Positions 58,906 to 64,000 of a stretch of DNA of 64,000 bases are shown here, one piece after another. Position 1 is the first letter of the stretch. Every line of letters starts with the position of its first letter. The notes under the pieces are model-generated. The model saw only the letters and a program-made list of their open reading frames with translations. It was not told the DNA's origin and ran no database searches. The DNA lies in assembly GCA_028695445.1 (NCBI GenBank), contig JAQVIV010000001.1, positions 6,028-70,027 of the forward strand. The letters run 5' to 3'. Position numbers and translations under genes: made by a program. Origin of the DNA: Candidatus Shapirobacteria bacterium (GTDB taxonomy: Bacteria > Patescibacteriota > Microgenomatia > 0-14-0-10-38-17).

Positions 58906-59251
58906 CTTCGGTCAACAAGCCAACTTTATTAAAAGAGTCTCGAACCACCTCAGACAAAACTTCTTTGCCTTGGTCCAAAGCGGCTCTCTTAACTAAAAAA
59001 ACCGCCCAAAAACCACTCTTTAAATCAGTCATAATTTCACGAACCGATCCGGCAATTAAGCGTTTGGTTTTGTTTCTAATAGTGGCCTTTTTACTGACTC
59101 TTTTAGAGAGAACAAAAGCAAATTGACTGGCGGTTCTTCGCCCGGAAAGATAAACCAAAGTAAAAAACGGTGTTTGAAAGTAACGTCCGCCGCCCTTAAC
59201 TTGCTCAATCCTTTTTTTAGGCAATCGGTGCTTCTTAGTTAGCATAGCCAT
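58886..59251 (-). CDS. rnpA: ribonuclease P protein component
   Basis: Basic 121-aa protein 'KKHRLPKKRIEQV'; downstream of rpmH. Confidence 0.75.
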   Translation of the reverse strand: MAMLTKKHRLPKKRIEQVKGGGRYFQTPFFTLVYLSGRRTASQFAFVLSKRVSKKATIRNKTKRLIAGSVREIMTDLKSGFWAVFLVKRAALDQGKEVLSEVVRDSFNKVGLLTEDEKADS

Positions 59252-59279
59252 AGCGCTTCTTTTCCTTAAAAAGGGGTTT

Positions 59280-59426
59280 TTAAGAAGAAACTGTTAATTT
59301 GCTCCGTCCCTTTTTCCGTCGTCTCTTTAAGGTTTTCCGGCCAGAAACACTGCTGATTCTCTTTAAAAAACCATGTTTTCTAACTCGACGCTTCTTTTTC
59401 GGCTGGTAAGTTCTTTTTGTCGCCAT
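59280..59426 (-). CDS. rpmH: 50S ribosomal protein L34 ([48 protein letters not shown])
   Basis: Hand-translated; not in the ORF track. Classic L34 sequence, immediately upstream of rnpA. Confidence 0.8.
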   Translation of the reverse strand: MATKRTYQPKKKRRVRKHGFLKRISSVSGRKTLKRRRKKGRSKLTVSS

Positions 59427-59479
59427 ACCTTTTTCCAGTTTATACCACAGTTAAGGCTAAGACACAAGCAGGGTTCCTT

Positions 59480-60631
59480 CTAAAAACGACTTGCCCGACG
59501 AGCAAAGCTGGAAAAGTTCCCTCTTTTAATTGCCTGACGAATATCTTTCATCAGAGAGGCATAAAAGGTTAAATTGTGAATCGTTGCCAAGCGGAAAGCT
59601 AGGGGTTGGCCAACGGAAAAAAGATGTCTTAAATAGGCTCGAGAATAATTTTGACAGGCCAAGCAAGAACAACCAGCCTCAATCGGTCTAAAATCGGCGG
59701 CAAATTCTTTTTTGCGAAGATTAAGTCGTCCTTGACGAGTAAAAAGGCTGGCATGACGAGCATTACGAGTGGGAATAACGCAATCAAACAAATCAACCCC
59801 CTCAGAAACAGCTCTTAAAATTTCTTTCGGATAGCCAATTCCCAGCATATAGCGAGGTTTATCTTCGGGTAGGTGAGCCACTGAGTGGCCAATAACCTCA
59901 TGAAGCTTGGTTTTCTCTAAGCCAACCGCCACGCCGCCAAGAGCATAACCATCAAAACCAATGGCTACCGTTTCTTTAGCGCTTTTGGCTAGCAAATCAG
60001 GAAATATACCGCCCTGAACGATGCCAAAAAGCAGTCGGTCTTTCGTGGTATTTAATTTTAAAAACTGCGCCTTGGAACGAGCCGCCCAACGAACGGTTAA
60101 GGGCACTGATCGCTCAAAATAAGTTCGAGGCGCCGTAGCCGGAACGCTTTCATCCAAGGTCAACAAAATATCTGATCCCATTTGATACTGCATCCTAATC
60201 GACTCCTCTGGGGTTAACACTTTTCTGGCCCCATCAAGATGAGAATTAAAAAAAGCGCCTCTTTCCCTAATCTTGCCCCCCAACCTGCCTTTATGAATTA
60301 ATGAATACACTTGAAAACCGCCCGAATCAGTCACGATTGGCCCCGGCCAATTCATAAACTTATGCAAACCTCCAGCCTGAGAAATTATTTCAGACCCTGG
60401 CCGTAACCATAAATGATAAAGATTACCCAAAACAATTTGAATACCGGTAGCGGCCACCTCCTGGGCAGTTAAATGTTTTACCGAAGCTAGGGTGGCGTCA
60501 GGAATAAAAGCCGGGGTATCAATCTTACCGCAAGCAGTGCTTAAACAGCCCGCTCTGGCCCTAGACTTACTATCTTTTCCCAGGATAGAAAAATAAAAAA
60601 TCGGCCCAGGTACCGGAGTTTTTTGTTCCAT
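59480..60631 (-). CDS. tgt: queuine tRNA-ribosyltransferase
   Basis: 'ARAGCLSTACGKIDTPAFIP', 'DSGGFQV', Zn site 'CSCLACQNYSRAYLRHL'. Start set at the internal Met (ORF extends to 60685). Confidence 0.8.
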   Translation of the reverse strand: MEQKTPVPGPIFYFSILGKDSKSRARAGCLSTACGKIDTPAFIPDATLASVKHLTAQEVAATGIQIVLGNLYHLWLRPGSEIISQAGGLHKFMNWPGPIVTDSGGFQVYSLIHKGRLGGKIRERGAFFNSHLDGARKVLTPEESIRMQYQMGSDILLTLDESVPATAPRTYFERSVPLTVRWAARSKAQFLKLNTTKDRLLFGIVQGGIFPDLLAKSAKETVAIGFDGYALGGVAVGLEKTKLHEVIGHSVAHLPEDKPRYMLGIGYPKEILRAVSEGVDLFDCVIPTRNARHASLFTRQGRLNLRKKEFAADFRPIEAGCSCLACQNYSRAYLRHLFSVGQPLAFRLATIHNLTFYASLMKDIRQAIKRGNFSSFARRASRF

Positions 60632-60716
60632 TTTAACGGACTTCGTCCGACCATTACCACACTTCATTCTCAATTTAAAAATCAATAATTTTGTCTTTGT
60701 AAAATAAGAAGGAACA

Positions 60717-61250
60717 TCACTGGCTTTTCGAAGATTTACTTTCCTGAAGAACTGACCTTTTTAACAAATTTTCAATTCCGGTTAATTTATTAATTCCGCC
60801 TCGATAGTCAAAGGGAGAATTTTGACAAATTGCCCAAACATGACCTCTAAGCATCGTCTTTAGGGTTTTTTGCCAGCCGCCAGCCGCCGTTCCTTTGGCC
60901 TCGGTAGTTAAAAACCCGACCTGCTCTTCCAAAAGAGAACGTCTCTCTTCAAGCGGATAATTCTCTCTTGAGGAGGAACTGTTTCTTTCCGATTGAGTCT
61001 TGGCCGCCCAATCTAAGGCTATCACCGCCTGATCCAAAAAATCAGAGCCAATTTCTTCTTCTCTGGCTTCCATTTCCAGCAGTCGGACATAGGCGCTGGC
61101 CAATAATTCCTCCGTCGGTCGGGGGTTGTTGGGCAATAAAAAACCACCCGGCCGAGACAAGGCCTGACCATTTTTCGTTTGGGGTCGGAAAAACTCTTGA
61201 GCCTGATAAAGCTCCCAGGCACCAGTAAAAATATCCTTGCCTTTAATCAT
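60717..61250 (-). CDS. hypothetical protein
   Basis: 177-aa ORF with no recognizable motifs. Confidence 0.3.
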   Translation of the reverse strand: MIKGKDIFTGAWELYQAQEFFRPQTKNGQALSRPGGFLLPNNPRPTEELLASAYVRLLEMEAREEEIGSDFLDQAVIALDWAAKTQSERNSSSSRENYPLEERRSLLEEQVGFLTTEAKGTAAGGWQKTLKTMLRGHVWAICQNSPFDYRGGINKLTGIENLLKRSVLQESKSSKSQ

Positions 61251-61332
61251 AGCCTGTATTATACCCTTATTATATCTTAAAAATCACACTTATCCTCTTG
61301 AAGTGGCCAAGGCAATAATCTATTATTAGAAA

Positions 61333-62760
61333 ATGCCAGTGTTTGAATCAAAAGAAAAAAGCCCAAAGCCAAAAATCTTCAACCCAAAAAGAAGGTGGCC
61401 CATTAACCCAGTAATCTTTTTGGCTGTTATTATTACTGCTTTGGTTTTGGGCGGCCTAGGGGGCTATTATTTCCAAACCAAAAACCAATTCCAGCAATCG
61501 GCTATTTTAGGCGAAGAAAGCAATCCCTACTTAGTCTTTACCAGTGAAATTTATGACAAAATTAAAGAAAACCACTGGAAAAAAATCAGCGATGAAGATT
61601 TGGTCTCTCTATTCTTTCTGGCGACTGAAAAACTAACTGGCCAACCCCAAAACCCCAAAGAAAAAAACCGCCAAAGCCTGTTAGTTTCCTTAAGAGAAAT
61701 CTTAAAACAAATTGATGATCAGGAAACAAAAGAAGAATTTATCATCCAGCTTAATAATTTAGTTTTAAATAATCTAGAGCCGTTTGGACGCAGTCATCTT
61801 TATAGTCAAGCCGAAGAACAAGAGCTAAACGACATTGTTCGCAACGTAGCCGACCAAGATCACTACCAGATGTTGGGAATCGACCAAAAAGCCTCTCAAG
61901 AAAAGATTGCCCAGGTCTATCAAAGCCAGATTCAAGAACTGGCCCAAGACAACACTCCCCAGGCCCAAGAAAAACTTGACCAAATTAATCGAGCCTATGA
62001 AATATTAAAAGACGAAGAAGCCCGCCAGATTTACGATGTTTCAGGAATAGAGCCAACCATGAGTTATCGGTTAATCAATAACAGTATTTTTCATATTCAT
62101 TTAAAAAAATTCTCTCCTACCACGTTCGATGAATTACAAAGAATAACCCAAAAAGTCCAAGACCAGCCCGGAGTTGATACTCTGATTTTTGATCTTCGTG
62201 ATAATATCGGTGGCGCCATTGATGGTCTACCCTATTTTCTCGGCCCCTTTATCGGTCAGGATCAATATGCTTACCAATTTTTTCACCAAGACGAAAAGAG
62301 CGATTACAAAACTCGAACCGGCTGGCTGCCCAGTCTAGTTCAATATAAAAAAGTGGTAATTTTAATTAATGAAAATTCCCAAAGCTCGGCCGAAGTGATG
62401 GCTTCAGTTTTAAAAAAATATAATGTTGGTGTCTTGGTGGGCAACACTACCCGCGGTTGGGGAACAGTAGAAAAAGTCTTCAAGCTCGACAACCAAATTA
62501 ACCAAAACCAAACCTATTCCGCCTTTCTTGTTCATAGCCTCACTCTAAGAGAAGATGGTCAGCCTATCGAAGGCTTGGGGGTTGATCCCCACGTTTTTAT
62601 TGCCCAAAATAATTGGCAAAAAGAACTCTACTCTTATCTGCCCGACCAAAATATTATCGGCGTGGTAGCTAATTTATTTTCTGAGGATAAAAATAGTTTA
62701 ATTAACGAGTCTCAAGGCCAAGAGGCAGCCGAAAAATCCCAACCAGAAACAACACAGTAA
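61333..62760 (+). CDS. S41-family (C-terminal processing/tail-specific) peptidase with N-terminal TM and an internal degenerate J-like domain lacking HPD
   Basis: 'FDLRDNIGGAIDG' S41 motif and Ser nucleophile region. 'DHYQMLGIDQKASQEKIAQVYQ...INRAYEILKDEEARQIYDVSG' resembles DnaJ J-domain helices II-IV, with 'AQDNTP' in place of HPD. Confidence 0.55.
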   Translation: MPVFESKEKSPKPKIFNPKRRWPINPVIFLAVIITALVLGGLGGYYFQTKNQFQQSAILGEESNPYLVFTSEIYDKIKENHWKKISDEDLVSLFFLATEKLTGQPQNPKEKNRQSLLVSLREILKQIDDQETKEEFIIQLNNLVLNNLEPFGRSHLYSQAEEQELNDIVRNVADQDHYQMLGIDQKASQEKIAQVYQSQIQELAQDNTPQAQEKLDQINRAYEILKDEEARQIYDVSGIEPTMSYRLINNSIFHIHLKKFSPTTFDELQRITQKVQDQPGVDTLIFDLRDNIGGAIDGLPYFLGPFIGQDQYAYQFFHQDEKSDYKTRTGWLPSLVQYKKVVILINENSQSSAEVMASVLKKYNVGVLVGNTTRGWGTVEKVFKLDNQINQNQTYSAFLVHSLTLREDGQPIEGLGVDPHVFIAQNNWQKELYSYLPDQNIIGVVANLFSEDKNSLINESQGQEAAEKSQPETTQ

Positions 62761-62764
62761 GAAA

Positions 62765-63895
62765 CTAAATTAAAACTCTCCTGGTGATTGGAGCCAAACC
62801 AACCAAAAGGTCGTAAGGGATGGTTTTGGCCAGAGCCGATAAGCTAACCAGGTTGTTTTTGGCCTCCTGATTATCATCAATTACCACCACTTCCTGACCA
62901 ACCGCTGGGTTTTTAACATCAGACAAGTCAATCATGGCAATATTCATGCAAATATCGCCCACCAAAGGACAATATTGATCACCAACCAGAACTTTTCCCC
63001 GACCAGATAAGCGCCGATCAAGGCCATCATAATAGCCAATCGGCAAAACCCCCATCGTCATCTTCTTGGGGGCCCGAAACTGGCCGTTGTAACTGACAAT
63101 CTCGCCCCGGCTAACCGACTTAATCTGAGCAGTGTGGGTTATCAATTTCAGAGCCGGCCTAACAGCCGACGGGGCCGATCGAGAAGGAAAATAACCATAA
63201 AAGCCTAAACCTAATCGAATCAAATTAAACTCCGAATCTTTAACCGCCAAACCACCGGCGGTGGCAGCAATATGCTTCCAGGCAAAAGAAAAACCTGCCC
63301 GTTCAAACTGTTTAATAATTTTTTTAAAAAGTGTTACTTGCTTTTGGGTAAAGTTATCATTGCTATTGGCACAGGCCAAGTGAGAATAAATCCCGACTAT
63401 TTGGCTTTCCAGATGACGATCTTTTAAAAAAGTAATAAAGCGATTAACCTGGTTGGGTTTAATACCTAAGCGGTTCATGCCGGTGTCGATTTTAAGATGA
63501 AGCTTGGTTCGGGGCTGATAACGACCCAGGACCAGGGCCGTTTCTTGGTCAAAAACCGGTAAATGAAATTTTAACTTTTTTGGGTTTTTAAAATTCTCCG
63601 GCAAGGTATAACCAATCACCAAAATTGGTTTTCCCACTCCCGCTTTTTCTAGCTTCCAGGCCTCATACAAACTATCCACAGCTACGAAAGGAGCGGCAGA
63701 AAGCTTACGATCAACGAAGCGGCCAATCAACTCTAAACCATGACCATAGGCATTACTTTTCAAAACCGGGGCAATACCGGCCTGAGGATTTTCTTTTTGC
63801 CAAAAAGAAAAATTATCAATAAGAGCCTTAGAGTCAACAATAATTAGGTTTAGGGTCTGGTAAGAGTGGCGAAACAGTTTGAACATTTTTGTCAA
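62765..63895 (-). CDS. alr: alanine racemase
   Basis: PLP-lysine motif 'VLKSNAYGHGL', C-terminal catalytic region. Confidence 0.8.
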   Translation of the reverse strand: MTKMFKLFRHSYQTLNLIIVDSKALIDNFSFWQKENPQAGIAPVLKSNAYGHGLELIGRFVDRKLSAAPFVAVDSLYEAWKLEKAGVGKPILVIGYTLPENFKNPKKLKFHLPVFDQETALVLGRYQPRTKLHLKIDTGMNRLGIKPNQVNRFITFLKDRHLESQIVGIYSHLACANSNDNFTQKQVTLFKKIIKQFERAGFSFAWKHIAATAGGLAVKDSEFNLIRLGLGFYGYFPSRSAPSAVRPALKLITHTAQIKSVSRGEIVSYNGQFRAPKKMTMGVLPIGYYDGLDRRLSGRGKVLVGDQYCPLVGDICMNIAMIDLSDVKNPAVGQEVVVIDDNQEAKNNLVSLSALAKTIPYDLLVGLAPITRRVLI

Positions 63896-64000
63896 TAATT
63901 AAATTATATCAATAGTGATCATGGTCGTTATCAAATCATGAAAAACCTTGAAATTTTGGTCTAATTTTGTTTATAATAAAGACTGAGAAGAGGGGCCAAC

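Noticed and set aside
1-64000. CRISPR arrays, transposases, toxin-antitoxin pairs
   Set aside because: No regularly spaced direct repeats with unique spacers, no transposase/IS-like ORFs, and no recognizable TA modules were found. The repeats present are AT-rich dispersed elements and hairpins, not CRISPR-like.

Overview
The window is AT-rich and gene-dense, and long ORFs stay intact under the standard code. Its gene content suggests a reduced-genome bacterium resembling the Candidate Phyla Radiation (CPR/Patescibacteria). The supporting genes are: several envelope glycosyltransferase-like membrane proteins, DUF4012, FemAB, a VanW-family protein, a four-helix-bundle 'IVS' protein, a short valS and short-form YidC. 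The rest is mostly housekeeping: uvrD/pcrA, recF, mutM, xth, ftsH, groES-groEL, trxB, tsaD, valS, rnhA, alr, tgt and the rpmH-rnpA-yidD-yidC-jag cluster. The most unusual loci are listed below.
1. The class III ribonucleotide reductase nrdD ends right after its Zn ribbon, and its glycyl-radical domain sits as a separate 49-aa ORF about 250 bp downstream, followed by nrdG.
2. A tRNA cluster carries a ~55-bp direct repeat of a tRNA 3' end, a four-helix-bundle gene bracketed by inverted repeats, and a tyrosine recombinase.
3. One tRNA has a UAU anticodon.
4. A membrane-anchored VirD4/TraD/HerA-like ATPase is translationally coupled to a small acidic protein.
5. An AmmeMemoRadiSam-type operon has a fused MEMO1-AMMECR1 protein and zwf inserted into it.
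6. Two dispersed intergenic repeat families recur, an AT-rich 'attagaaatt' element often in inverted pairs and GC-rich CACGGGC hairpins, plus a recurring AGATCCnGGATCT palindrome near groESL.
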